A stretch of 64,000 nt of DNA from Oscillospiraceae bacterium. Its GTDB lineage: Bacteria; Bacillota; Clostridia; Oscillospirales; Oscillospiraceae. The notes beneath the pieces were generated by a model, which did not search any database, was not told where the DNA came from, and was given only the letters and a program-made list of their open reading frames with translations. The translations under genes and the position numbers were made by a program. The stretch is taken from NCBI GenBank assembly GCA_017405865.1, contig JAFQZN010000008.1:81539-145538 (forward strand), read 5' to 3'. Positions 42,900-52,602 of the stretch are shown here, one piece after another (within the stretch, counting starts at the first letter, position 1; each line of letters begins with the position of its first letter).

Positions 42900-44948
42900 T
42901 TATTCAGCAGTCTCTTCTGCAGGAGCTTCCTCAACAGGAGCGGCCTCTTCGACAGGCGCTTCCTCGGCAGGAGCGGCTTCCTCAATGGGAGCCTCTTCCT
43001 CTTCCGGCTCCGCTTCCGCAGGAGCGGACGGCTCCAGCAGCTTGCGGATGGACAGGGAGATACGCTTGCGCTCGTTATCGACGTCGGTGATCTTAACGTC
43101 GACCTCCTGACCCTCGCTCAGAACGTCGGCAACCTTCTCAACGCGATGATCGGCGACCTGGGAAATATGGATCAGGCCGTCCACACCGGGCAGGATCTCT
43201 GCAAACGCGCCGAAATCAACGATCTTCACGATCTTGACCGTGGCGACGTCGCCGACGGAGTACTTCTCGCAGAACTGGTTCCACGGGTTCATCTCCGGCG
43301 TCTTGTAGCCGAGAGAGATCTTCTTCTTTTCGGGATCCGCCTTCAGGACGAAGACTTCGATGGTATCGCCGACCTTGACGACCTCATCGGGCGTCTTGAT
43401 GCGGCCCCAGGACAGCTCGGAGATATGGACCATGCCGTCCACGCCGCCGATGTCGACGAATGCGCCGTAGCTGGTGAGGGACTTGACGGTGCCGGTGTAC
43501 TTCTTGCCGACCTCGATCTCGCTCCAAATCTTCTCGATGGCAGCCTTCCGTGCTTCACCGCTCAACGCGCGGATGGAACCGACGACTCTGCGGCGGGCGC
43601 GGTTGAATTCGGTGATCTTCATCTTCAGGGTCTGGCCCTTGAGCTCGCTCAGATCGCCGCCCTTTGCAACGCCGGTCTGGGAAGCCGGGATGAAAACACG
43701 GACGCCCTTGACGTTGGCAACGAGGCCGCCCTTATTCTCTTCGGTGATGACGCCTTCTACAGGGGTCTTTTCCTCAAACGCCTTTTCGACGTCGTCCCAT
43801 ACCTTCATGCCCTCGAGCTTCTTGCGGCTGAGCTGAACGGTGCCCTCCTGATCGTTGACGCGAACGACAAAAACTTCGATCTCGTCGCCGGGCTTGAGGA
43901 TGTCTTCGGGCTTTACGTTGGGATCTGCGCTGACTTCGTCATACGGGATGTATCCGGCGTGCTTCGTGCCAAGGTCGACCTGGACTTCGGTAGAACCGAT
44001 CGAGGTAACGGTGCCAAAAACCTTATCTCCTGTATTTAAAGTCTTGATGGAGTTTTCGAGTAAGGCTTCAAAGCTCTCCTCTGCTACTGCATCAACGTTA
44101 GTAATTTCGCTCATGGTTTCATTAACCTCCTTTATTATCCACGCAGGCGTCGATGCGCCCGCAGTGATGCCGACGGTAGTGCAGTTCTGATAAACGGCAG
44201 GCTCCAGCTCGTCTGCGCAGTCGATCAGATCGACCCTGACGCAATGCTCCGAGCAGATATGCGCCAGCCTTCCGGTGTTGGAGCTGTTTCGGTCTCCGAC
44301 CACGATCATGGCGTCGCAATTTGCGGCCAATTCCGCCGCTTCCTTCTGCCTGTTTTCAGTTGCTCTGCATATTGTATCAAAGATTTCTCGATTTGTACAC
44401 ACTTTTTTTACGATTTTCTTGCAGGAATCCCATAAAAATTGCGTACTTGTCGTTTGAGACACCATCGTAATCGGCAAATTCTTGTTTTCAGGCGACGAAT
44501 TCAGCCAATTTTCGAGCTCCTCCGCGTTGGCAAAGACCAACGGATGCCTGCACCAGCCGGCAATCGCGACGATCTCCGGGTGCGTCGGCGTGCCGATGAT
44601 AACGGGCTGTCTCCCCTGTTCCTCGGCCTTTGCAACGAGAGAATGGATCCGTTTGACGGAGGGACAGGTCGCGTCGATGATCTCAACGTTTTTTTGTTCC
44701 AGTGCCTCGTAGGTCGCGCGCGGGATGCCGTGCGAACGGATCACGACCGTCGCCCCCTCCGGAATTTCGTCCAGACGGGAGATTTCCTTGACGCCCAGCT
44801 CCTCAAAGTGATGCACAAGATGGCGGTTATGGGCGATCGGTCCGAAGGTCACGGTGGACTTTCCGTCTGCGATCGCCTGCTCGACCAGACCGACGGCGCG
44901 GTTGACGCCGTAACAGAAGCCGGCGGTTTTCGCTACTTCAATCTTCAC
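42900..44948 (-). CDS. ispH: Bifunctional IspH (LytB) - ribosomal protein S1 fusion
   Basis: GFCYGV, RSHG, DATCP, HPE, QTT, DTIC, SSNT, TAGASTP, followed by four S1 repeats and an acidic EEAP tail. Confidence 0.95.
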   Translation of the reverse strand: MKIEVAKTAGFCYGVNRAVGLVEQAIADGKSTVTFGPIAHNRHLVHHFEELGVKEISRLDEIPEGATVVIRSHGIPRATYEALEQKNVEIIDATCPSVKRIHSLVAKAEEQGRQPVIIGTPTHPEIVAIAGWCRHPLVFANAEELENWLNSSPENKNLPITMVSQTTSTQFLWDSCKKIVKKVCTNREIFDTICRATENRQKEAAELAANCDAMIVVGDRNSSNTGRLAHICSEHCVRVDLIDCADELEPAVYQNCTTVGITAGASTPAWIIKEVNETMSEITNVDAVAEESFEALLENSIKTLNTGDKVFGTVTSIGSTEVQVDLGTKHAGYIPYDEVSADPNVKPEDILKPGDEIEVFVVRVNDQEGTVQLSRKKLEGMKVWDDVEKAFEEKTPVEGVITEENKGGLVANVKGVRVFIPASQTGVAKGGDLSELKGQTLKMKITEFNRARRRVVGSIRALSGEARKAAIEKIWSEIEVGKKYTGTVKSLTSYGAFVDIGGVDGMVHISELSWGRIKTPDEVVKVGDTIEVFVLKADPEKKKISLGYKTPEMNPWNQFCEKYSVGDVATVKIVKIVDFGAFAEILPGVDGLIHISQVADHRVEKVADVLSEGQEVDVKITDVDNERKRISLSIRKLLEPSAPAEAEPEEEEAPIEEAAPAEEAPVEEAAPVEEAPAEETAE

Positions 44949-45550
44949 AGCGCTTCACCCAGACGGTAAATATTCTTCAGAAGCTCGTCCGACAGAGTGA
45001 TCAGCTCCTGCTCGGTCGCGCGCCTGTCTTCCGTTTTTGGAAAGTACGGCTTGCCGAAGACGAGGTCGATCCTTCCGAACAGACGCTTCTTCGTCGTCAG
45101 ATAGATCGGCATGACGGGCGTCTGGGAGCGCGTCGCGATCAGGATCGCACCGCTGTGCGGTTCGGACTTCTTCCCTTTCCGAATCCGTGTTCCCTCCGGG
45201 AAAATGATCAGCTTATTGCCATCGCGCAGCGTTTTCATTGCCGTTTTGATTGCAGCAATATCAGAGCCGTCGCGGTTTACCGGAAATGCGCCGAGCTTGC
45301 GCAGGAGCTTTCCGAATACCGGAATATCCAGCAGCTCCTTCTTTGCCATCGTGCGCGGCAAAACCGGCAGATCTGCTTGTATGGCGACCCAGAGGGGATC
45401 AGAAAACGAGCTGTGATTGCAGCACAGGAGCACAGCGCCGTCGGGAATGTTTTCGCGTCCCTTCACGTGGACGACCGGATGCGCAAGGCGCAGGAAAAAG
45501 AGAACGATCGCCCGAAGAAAACGGTATGTCCTTGTGGAAATCAGCTTCAT
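44945..45550 (-). CDS. plsC: 1-acyl-sn-glycerol-3-phosphate acyltransferase
   Basis: NHSSFSD (HX4D), AKKEL, FPEGTR. Confidence 0.92.
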   Translation of the reverse strand: MKLISTRTYRFLRAIVLFFLRLAHPVVHVKGRENIPDGAVLLCCNHSSFSDPLWVAIQADLPVLPRTMAKKELLDIPVFGKLLRKLGAFPVNRDGSDIAAIKTAMKTLRDGNKLIIFPEGTRIRKGKKSEPHSGAILIATRSQTPVMPIYLTTKKRLFGRIDLVFGKPYFPKTEDRRATEQELITLSDELLKNIYRLGEAL

Positions 45551-46224
45551 AAGTCAATCCTCTCCCGGATGATGTGAAGTAACGCCGCGACGCTATCTTC
45601 CAACGAGAGGTCGGAGGTATCGAGCAAAACGGCGTCGTCCGCCTGCTTTAAGGGCGCGACCTGACGGTGCATGTCGCGGTAGTCACGCTCGATCATGTCC
45701 TTTAGCACGTCCTCGTAAGAGTCGCTTCTGCCCTGCTCCTGCAGCTCCAGAAAGCGGCGCTTTGCGCGAACCTCCGCAGAGGCGGAGAGATAGATTTTTA
45801 CGTCTGCATCGGGCAGAACAACGGTTCCGATGTCGCGGCCGTCCATAATGACGCTGTTCGTTTTGGCGACGTTTCTCTGCGTGTCAAGCAGGAAGGCGCG
45901 AACGGAGGGCAGCGCGGAAACCTTCGATGCCATGGAGGAGACCTCCGGCAAACGGATCTTCTTCGATACGTCGGCGCCGTTCAAATACATGTGCTGTACG
46001 CCGTCTTTCCAGGAGAGCTTTACCTTCAGCTGCGGCAGCAGGGCGTCGATTTTATCTGTTTCTTCGGGCAAAATGCCGTTATTCAGGACGGCGTAAGCGA
46101 TCGTGCGGTAGATCGCGCCGGTATCTACATAAACAAAATTCAGTTCCGCCGCAGCGCGGCGCGCCATAGTGCTTTTCCCCGCGCCTGCAGGGCCGTCGAT
46201 CGCTACGCTGTAAACCTTGTTCAT
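45547..46224 (-). CDS. cmk: Cytidylate kinase
   Basis: AIDGPAGAGKST, DTGAIYR, MDGRDIGTVV, RDYRD; start set from RBS GAGGTG. Confidence 0.97.
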   Translation of the reverse strand: MNKVYSVAIDGPAGAGKSTMARRAAAELNFVYVDTGAIYRTIAYAVLNNGILPEETDKIDALLPQLKVKLSWKDGVQHMYLNGADVSKKIRLPEVSSMASKVSALPSVRAFLLDTQRNVAKTNSVIMDGRDIGTVVLPDADVKIYLSASAEVRAKRRFLELQEQGRSDSYEDVLKDMIERDYRDMHRQVAPLKQADDAVLLDTSDLSLEDSVAALLHIIRERIDL

Positions 46225-46252
46225 GCGGCTCACCTCATCAAAAACTCATAAT

Positions 46253-46281
46253 ATTATACAGTCAAAGTACGGATTTGTCAA
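46253..46281 (-). promoter_or_regulatory. Consensus sigmaA promoter of cmk-plsC-ispH/rpsA, overlapping the 3' end of the upstream gene
   Basis: TTGACA-17-TATAAT. Confidence 0.88.
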
Positions 46282-47515
46282 ATTTAGTTTCTGCGATCGC
46301 GTTGATTGCAGCGTATGCAGTCGCCCACGCGATCTGCAGGTTGAAGCCGCCGGTGTAGGCGTCGCAGTCGATGATCTCTCCGGCAAAATACAGACCTCCC
46401 ACCAGCTTGGACTGCATCGTTTTCGGGTCGATCTGCTTTACGTCTACGCCGCCGCGCGTGATGATCGCTTCTTCGACCGGTCGTGTTCCGCTGATCGGAA
46501 GCAGGAAGCGCTTCGTCTGTTCCAGCAGCGCTCTGCGCAGCTGCTTGGTCAGGGCGTTTGCCTGCATGGCAGGGTCAATACCGCAGCGCTTCAGCAGCAC
46601 CGGGATCATCGAATGTGGGTACAGATCCGCAAGCGCGTTCTCCATGCTGCGATTTGCGTATTTCTCAAAATCACGCAGGAATCTCGCGTCGAGCTTTGCT
46701 TCGTCCAGCGCAGGCTTGAGGTCGAGCGATACGGTGTACTTTTCGCCCTCCCTCATATGCGCGGAGGCTGACAATGCCATAGGACCGGAAAGACCGAAGT
46801 GCGTGAACAGAAGCTCGCCGAATTCCTTAAACGCGATCCTCCCCTTTGCGTCCAGCAGCTTCAGCTCCGTGTTGCGCAGAGACAGTCCCTGCATGTCCGC
46901 ACAGTCGCTCTCACTGACGAGCGGCACGAGAGAGCCGGTCGGCTCGATGACGGTATGACCGACTGCTTTTGCCAGCAGATAGCCGTCGCCTGTCGAGCCG
47001 GTCAGCGGATAGGATGCGCCGCCGGTGCAGAGCAAAACGCTCTTGCATGACACGATCCCCTTTTGTGTCTTTACGCCGGCAATCCGTCCCTCCTGCGTGA
47101 TGAGTCCCGTCACGGTATCCAGCCTGCGCTCCAGCAGCGGAGACTTCATGGCGCGCTCCAGCGCGGCAATCACGTCCGCAGAACGGTCGGACACCGGAAA
47201 AACGCGGTTGCCGCGTTCGGTTTTCAAGGGGCAGCCGTTCTCCTCAAAAAACGCCATCGTCCGCTCCGGCGGAAACCCGTAGATCGCGCTGTAGAGGAAG
47301 CGCGGATTACGCGGGATATTCTTCAGTACTTCCTCTGCAGTGCAGTTGTTCGTCACGTTGCAGCGGCCCTTCCCGGTGATAGCGAGCTTTTTTCCGAGGC
47401 GTTCATTCTTTTCCAAAAGCAGGACGCGCATGCCCTGCCTGACCGCCTGTGCGGCGGCAAACATACCGGCTGCTCCGCCGCCGACGATCACGAGATCAAT
47501 CATCGAGCTTTTCAT
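46262..47515 (-). CDS. HI0933/YhiN (BaiN-like) flavoprotein
   Basis: GGGAAG, GKKLAITGKGRCNVTN, STGDGY, LFTHFGLSGP, TRGGV, GGFNLQ. Confidence 0.93.
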   Translation of the reverse strand: MKSSMIDLVIVGGGAAGMFAAAQAVRQGMRVLLLEKNERLGKKLAITGKGRCNVTNNCTAEEVLKNIPRNPRFLYSAIYGFPPERTMAFFEENGCPLKTERGNRVFPVSDRSADVIAALERAMKSPLLERRLDTVTGLITQEGRIAGVKTQKGIVSCKSVLLCTGGASYPLTGSTGDGYLLAKAVGHTVIEPTGSLVPLVSESDCADMQGLSLRNTELKLLDAKGRIAFKEFGELLFTHFGLSGPMALSASAHMREGEKYTVSLDLKPALDEAKLDARFLRDFEKYANRSMENALADLYPHSMIPVLLKRCGIDPAMQANALTKQLRRALLEQTKRFLLPISGTRPVEEAIITRGGVDVKQIDPKTMQSKLVGGLYFAGEIIDCDAYTGGFNLQIAWATAYAAINAIAETKFDKSVL

Positions 47516-48359
47516 AGACGTGATAGATGTCCCAGATCTCCTCTAGCTTATTGAAGATCCGTGTGGTTTCCAGCTTCTTTTTGGAAGCCGCCGCGACGAT
47601 CAGCGCGTTGATGACGCTCATCGGCGCAACGAGGGAGTCGACAAGCGACACCATATCGCTCTTTGCCGTCAGGACGAATTCGGAAAACTCCGCCAGCGGC
47701 GACGAGGCGCAGTCGGTCAGCGCAATTACCTTTGCGCCGGAGGCATGGGCGTACTCGGCCGCCTGAATTGCAGCGGAGGAATACCGCGGAAAACTGATGG
47801 CGATCAGCGCGTCCTGCGGCGAAATCCGCACGATCTGCTCAAACACCTCGCTGTCGGAGGCGGACGTAATCAGGCGAACGTCACGGAACATGTACTTGAA
47901 ATAATAGCTCAAAAAGGAGGCCAGTGCGGACGACGAGCGCACACCGATCACGTAGATCGTCTGCGCGTTCATCAGCGCGTCGACCGCGCCGTGAAACGCT
48001 TTCTGATCAATCTGCTCGCTCGTCGCATGAATCAGATCCTTGTCTGCCTGCAGTACCGAGGACAGCACGTCGTCGTCTGACATGCGCTTCTCGCTGACCT
48101 CGATGCGCTGCACGGAAGTCAGTCGGTTCAGCACCATTTCCTGCATCGCCTTTTGCATCTCAGGGTAGCCGTCGTAACCAAGCTCCGCAGCAAAACGGAC
48201 GACGGTTGACTCGGACACCTGCACGGTTTTGCCGAGCGCGCCTGCGGTCAGAAAAGCCGCCTTATCGTAGCTCTCCAGAATATAGGAAGCAATCTTCCGC
48301 TGCCCCTTGGAGAATGAATTCATTTTGTTATGTATGCAGGTCAAAACGTCGGCCGTCAT
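47496..48359 (-). CDS. MurR/RpiR family transcriptional regulator
   Basis: SKGQRKIA, VSESTVVRFA..LGYDGYPE HTH; SIS domain ISFPRYS, LTD..SPL. Confidence 0.93.
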   Translation of the reverse strand: MTADVLTCIHNKMNSFSKGQRKIASYILESYDKAAFLTAGALGKTVQVSESTVVRFAAELGYDGYPEMQKAMQEMVLNRLTSVQRIEVSEKRMSDDDVLSSVLQADKDLIHATSEQIDQKAFHGAVDALMNAQTIYVIGVRSSSALASFLSYYFKYMFRDVRLITSASDSEVFEQIVRISPQDALIAISFPRYSSAAIQAAEYAHASGAKVIALTDCASSPLAEFSEFVLTAKSDMVSLVDSLVAPMSVINALIVAAASKKKLETTRIFNKLEEIWDIYHVYEKLDD

Positions 48360-49069
48360 TTCGTCCCCTCCCGTTCGAGGTTTTCATATTCATCCTTGGT
48401 CAAAAAGCGCCATTTCCCGACCGGCAGGTCGCCAAGTGCGAGACTTCCCTCCCGCACGCGGCAAAGCCGCAGGACGGTAAGCCCTGCCGCTTCGCACATG
48501 CGCCGGATCTGACGGTTCCTTCCTTCGTGGATCGTAATTTCGTAAGTTGCTTTTTTCTCACTTTGCCGCAGCAGCACAACCTGCGGCGGACGGATGATCC
48601 TGCCGTCCAGCTCAATCGTACGGGCAAGCAGCTTTTCCGCCGTATCCAGAGCGCCGGATACTGTGACCTCATACGCTTTTTCCACGCTGTGCTTCGGATG
48701 CATGAGGCGGTTGGCAAGCTCGCCGTCATTCGTAAATAGCAGAAGTCCCTCCGACGCGTAATCCAGCCTGCCGACAGGATAGACGCGGCAGCCGCAGTCC
48801 ACGAGGGAGGCCGCCGTCTTCCTGCCGCGTTCATCCGAAAGCGTTGTGACGTAACCGCGCGGCTTATTGAGCATCAAACAGACCGGTGCGCTTTTCTTGG
48901 GAAGGGGTTTTCCGTCCACGCGAATGTCGTCAATGTCAGGATCTGCGCTCTGCCCGAGCGTCGCGACCTGACCGTTCACGCTGATCCTGCCCTCCTGCAA
49001 AAGGAGTTCAGCCGCTCTGCGGGAGGAGACTCCATGCGCAGAAAGGATCTTCTGTAACCGTTCTGTCAT
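48356..49069 (-). CDS. rluB: rRNA pseudouridine synthase (RluB/RsuA family)
   Basis: S4 domain ERLQKIL..SRR, NKPRG, YPVGRLD, EGRNRQIRRM. Confidence 0.88.
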   Translation of the reverse strand: MTERLQKILSAHGVSSRRAAELLLQEGRISVNGQVATLGQSADPDIDDIRVDGKPLPKKSAPVCLMLNKPRGYVTTLSDERGRKTAASLVDCGCRVYPVGRLDYASEGLLLFTNDGELANRLMHPKHSVEKAYEVTVSGALDTAEKLLARTIELDGRIIRPPQVVLLRQSEKKATYEITIHEGRNRQIRRMCEAAGLTVLRLCRVREGSLALGDLPVGKWRFLTKDEYENLEREGTK

Positions 49070-50102
49070 CTGTCTCCCTCCCTTTCCATAATAACGTTAC
49101 CGTTCCGACTTCTCTGTCGCCGATCGTTACGGTTCCGTAACCTGCCGGTGATCCGGCAGCACCGGGCGCAAAGCAGATTTTCGGGTAGCGCACGGTAACG
49201 CGGACGTTTTCGTTTTCATATGCAGGATAGGAAACGTCCTCCCCTGCGGTCAGATAGGCGCGGCTGCCGTCGACGCAGTCGACCCAGCCAACGTCTTCGC
49301 CGGCGGAGATCAACACGCGCTCCGGGTACTGCGAAAAGCCGTAGTCATACAGGGCTTTGTGATCCTGCCAGTCGTTTCCGTCGCAGATCGTGACGGCGAT
49401 CAGCCGCCTGCCGTTTCGTTCGGCGGCACTGACGAGGATCCTGCCGGCCGCTTTCGTGTAGCCGGTCTTCACGCCGATTGCACCGTCGCACGACCACAGG
49501 AGTTTGTTGTGGTTGGTCAGACTGCGCGTTCCTATCTGAATGCTTTTTGTGGCAACGATTTCCGCAAAAGCCTCGTTCTGCAGCGCATAGCGTGTCATTC
49601 TTGCCAGATCGGCAGCTGTGGAGTAATGCGCGTCGCCGTCCAACCCGTTCGGATTTTCAAAATGCGTCTGATGCAGGCCGAGCTGCTGCGCCTTCAGATT
49701 CATCAGATCGACAAACTCCGGCACGCTGTCGCTGCAGGCAAGTGCGAGCGCAACGGCAGCGTCGTTACCTGAATGCAGCATCATGCCGTAAAGCAGGTCG
49801 CGGATCGTCAGGCGCTCCCCTGCTTGGAGATAGATCGACGAGCCTTCGATCCCCGTCGCCTCCGGTGGAATTTCGTATTCCTCGTTCAGATCGCAGTGCT
49901 CCAGCACGACGATCGCCGTCATGATCTTCGTCGTGCTGGCGATCATGCTTTTTTTATCACTGTTTTTTGCGTATAAAATCCTGCCGGTATCGGCGTCCAT
50001 CAAAATGGAGCATTTCGCGCTGTCAGACGGTGCGGCATAGCATACAGACAGGAAAAGGACGGAAGCAACAAAGGCGGCTGCCGTCCTGTAAAGCCATTTC
50101 AT
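49008..50102 (-). CDS. dacB: D-alanyl-D-alanine carboxypeptidase (DacB-like)
   Basis: ASTTK (SxxK), SGN (SxN), KTG; synteny scpAB..dacB..rluB. Confidence 0.8.
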   Translation of the reverse strand: MKWLYRTAAAFVASVLFLSVCYAAPSDSAKCSILMDADTGRILYAKNSDKKSMIASTTKIMTAIVVLEHCDLNEEYEIPPEATGIEGSSIYLQAGERLTIRDLLYGMMLHSGNDAAVALALACSDSVPEFVDLMNLKAQQLGLHQTHFENPNGLDGDAHYSTAADLARMTRYALQNEAFAEIVATKSIQIGTRSLTNHNKLLWSCDGAIGVKTGYTKAAGRILVSAAERNGRRLIAVTICDGNDWQDHKALYDYGFSQYPERVLISAGEDVGWVDCVDGSRAYLTAGEDVSYPAYENENVRVTVRYPKICFAPGAAGSPAGYGTVTIGDREVGTVTLLWKGRETDDRTVTEDPFCAWSLLPQSG

Positions 50103-50150
50103 TTCTCATCACCCCTGCTATTTTCTGCCGGTGCAATGAGAATACGCCTG

Positions 50151-50543
50151 TTAAATATCGGTAATATCCGTCTTTTTCTTTCCGACCATGTCCGACAGCT
50201 TGTCTACGATGCCGGGCAGCTGCTCGATCACGCGCTCTGCGGCGGAGCTGGCAGGCTCGTCAACCGGCAGGACGCGCACACGGTCGTTCTGAATCACGAT
50301 GATCGCAACGGGCGTGATCTTTACGCCGCAGCCTGCGCCGCCGCTGAAGGTGCCGTTCGTGTCGGCAATCTTTGCGGCAAGATCTGCGCCGCCGGACGCC
50401 AGACCAAAGGAGATCTTGGAAATCGGGATCAGCGTCACGCCCTGTGCCGCTTCAATCGGCGAACCTACGACGGTGTTGGAGTCCACCATCTCGCGGACCT
50501 TCGACATGGATGCGCCGAGAATATCGGAAACATTTTTACTCAT
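50151..50543 (-). CDS. ytfJ: GerW/YtfJ family sporulation protein
   Basis: VDSNTVVGSPI, IPISKISFGLASGG, FSGGAGCGV..PVA. Confidence 0.88.
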   Translation of the reverse strand: MSKNVSDILGASMSKVREMVDSNTVVGSPIEAAQGVTLIPISKISFGLASGGADLAAKIADTNGTFSGGAGCGVKITPVAIIVIQNDRVRVLPVDEPASSAAERVIEQLPGIVDKLSDMVGKKKTDITDI

Positions 50544-51117
50544 GATCAGTTACCTCCTCAACGGGTTGGGTGAATTCTTCCGTCGGCAACTCTTTCTTGC
50601 CGAACTGCATTTTTTCGATCTCCGGCAGCTCCTCCAACGAGGACAGACCGAAGGTACGCAGGAAATCCGGCGTCGTGCGGTAAAGGATCGGTCTGCCGGG
50701 TACGTTCAGCCTGCCGCATTCCTCAATCAGGCGCTTATTGATCAGCGCACCGACGGAATAGGAGCTGTCAACCCCACGGATCTGCTCAATATAGGCCTTG
50801 GTCGCAGGCTGATAGTATGCCACAATTGTCAGAGTCTCCAGCTGGGAGGAAGAGAGTTTCGGCGGCTTTCTTGTTTCCAGCGCTTTTGTGATATAGGGAG
50901 ACATCTCCACGGAAGAGCACATTTGATAGGCCTTTTCCAGCTTGACGATGCGAAGTCCGCGCCGCTCGAAGGAGAGCCGATCCATCAGTGACTTCGCTGC
51001 CGCATCGACCTCGTCGGCGTCACATTCCGCTGCCAGCGCGATCCGTTCCGTTTCAACCGGCTCTCCTGCGGCAAACAGGATCGCCTCAATCACGCGCTCT
51101 AAATCAGTTCGTTCCAT
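50536..51117 (-). CDS. scpB: SMC-ScpAB subunit ScpB
   Basis: IEAILFAAGEP, ETLTIVAYYQP.T, GRPILYRTT..FL. Confidence 0.96.
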   Translation of the reverse strand: MERTDLERVIEAILFAAGEPVETERIALAAECDADEVDAAAKSLMDRLSFERRGLRIVKLEKAYQMCSSVEMSPYITKALETRKPPKLSSSQLETLTIVAYYQPATKAYIEQIRGVDSSYSVGALINKRLIEECGRLNVPGRPILYRTTPDFLRTFGLSSLEELPEIEKMQFGKKELPTEEFTQPVEEVTDHE

Positions 51118-51904
51118 CCAATGACTCCATTTCTCCGTCCGGCATCTTGCAGAAACGGACGTTTACATCCTCGCCGTCATCCTCCAATTCAATCGACCGG
51201 ATGCGGCAAAGCTCCAGCACGGCAAGAAAGGTCGCAACGATTTCGCTGCGGGAGCGGCTTCCGCGAAAAAGGCTGCGGAATTTCGTTACACCGCGCATCA
51301 AAAGCCGTTTTAAGACCTGCGCGGCCTTCTTCGTGACGGGATAGGGCTCTGCGCCTACAATGCCCCGGAAAATCGACACGGGCGGCGGGAGCGTTCGTTC
51401 GCTGCGATCGGCGATCGTGGAAAACGCACGCAGCAGGTCGTCAGGCTCATGCTGATAGCGGTAGGTCGTGTCGACCTGATACGGTTCAGGCTGCTTGATA
51501 AAGGAATTGCAGCCGATCTCGTTTCTCGGCTCCAGATAGCTGACGGCAATCCGGATCTGCTCGAGCGCGTCGGCGCGCTGCCGCTCCTCCAGTGATCGGA
51601 TCAGAAGCTCCATTTCCGAGAGCGCCTCTTCACGCTCTGCGGCGGAGAGCAGCATTTTCGTTTTGATCAGCATCAGATGGGACGCCATGGCGATAAATTC
51701 GCTCGCGATCTCCATGTCCAGCCGCTTCATTTCGTCCAGATACGCCAGATACTGCTCCAGGATCGACGTAATGCTGACATCCTGAATCTCTATTTTGTTT
51801 TTACTGAGCAGCAGCAGGATCACGTCCAGCGGTCCGTCAAAGTCCTCCGGCAGCGCATCCTGCTTCCGCATCACACCGGCCAGGTGGTATCTTGGCTCGT
51901 CCAT
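51104..51904 (-). CDS. scpA: Kleisin ScpA
   Basis: FDGPLDVIL, EFIAMASHL..IKTKMLL, IVATFLAVLEL. Confidence 0.94.
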   Translation of the reverse strand: MDEPRYHLAGVMRKQDALPEDFDGPLDVILLLLSKNKIEIQDVSITSILEQYLAYLDEMKRLDMEIASEFIAMASHLMLIKTKMLLSAAEREEALSEMELLIRSLEERQRADALEQIRIAVSYLEPRNEIGCNSFIKQPEPYQVDTTYRYQHEPDDLLRAFSTIADRSERTLPPPVSIFRGIVGAEPYPVTKKAAQVLKRLLMRGVTKFRSLFRGSRSRSEIVATFLAVLELCRIRSIELEDDGEDVNVRFCKMPDGEMESLDGTN

Positions 51905-52014
51905 GCGTACCCTCTTATATTAAAATCCAAGTTATTATAGCATTTGCGCGCCATTCTTGCAAGAATAAAATGAGCGTGTTTGCAAGGAAAATTGCAAAAA
52001 CACGCTCATTATTT

Positions 52015-52602
52015 CTATTTTTCCACGGCGCGGAGGATCGCATTAACAAGCTCGCCTCTGCCGGCCCCCTTTTCTGCGGAAAACGGGATCAACGCGGTAT
52101 CCGGCGTGAGCTTCAGATCGGCGCGGATACATGCCATATTCGGCTCGATCTCGCTCTTTTTCAGCTTGTCGAGCTTATTGGCAACGACCACAAACGGACG
52201 GCCCGTGTTCTGAAACAGCTCCGCCATGACGACGTCCAGCTTGGTCGGTGCATGGCGGGCGTCGACGATCATCACGCCGAGCGTGATCCTTTCCGCCTGC
52301 GCGAAATAGGCTTCCATCAGCTTGCCCCAGCGTTCCTTCTCGCTTTCGGCGACCTGCGCGTAGCCGTAGCCCGGCAGATCGACGAAGTACGCTTTGCCGT
52401 CAACCCTGAAGTAGTTGATGTGAACCGTCTTCCCCGGCTTCTGTCCGACCCGTGCGAAGTTCTTCCGCTGCAGGACGCAATTGAGGACGGAGGACTTGCC
52501 TACGTTGGACTTGCCGGAAAACGCGATCTGCGGAAGGTTATCGTTTACAAACGAGTTCGGCTGCGCTGCGGATTTGATGAATTCAACCTTTTGAAGATTC
52601 AT
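52015..52602 (-). CDS. engB: Ribosome biogenesis GTPase EngB/YsxC
   Basis: GKSNVGKSS, PGKT, DLPGYGY, NKLD. Confidence 0.96.
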   Translation of the reverse strand: MNLQKVEFIKSAAQPNSFVNDNLPQIAFSGKSNVGKSSVLNCVLQRKNFARVGQKPGKTVHINYFRVDGKAYFVDLPGYGYAQVAESEKERWGKLMEAYFAQAERITLGVMIVDARHAPTKLDVVMAELFQNTGRPFVVVANKLDKLKKSEIEPNMACIRADLKLTPDTALIPFSAEKGAGRGELVNAILRAVEK

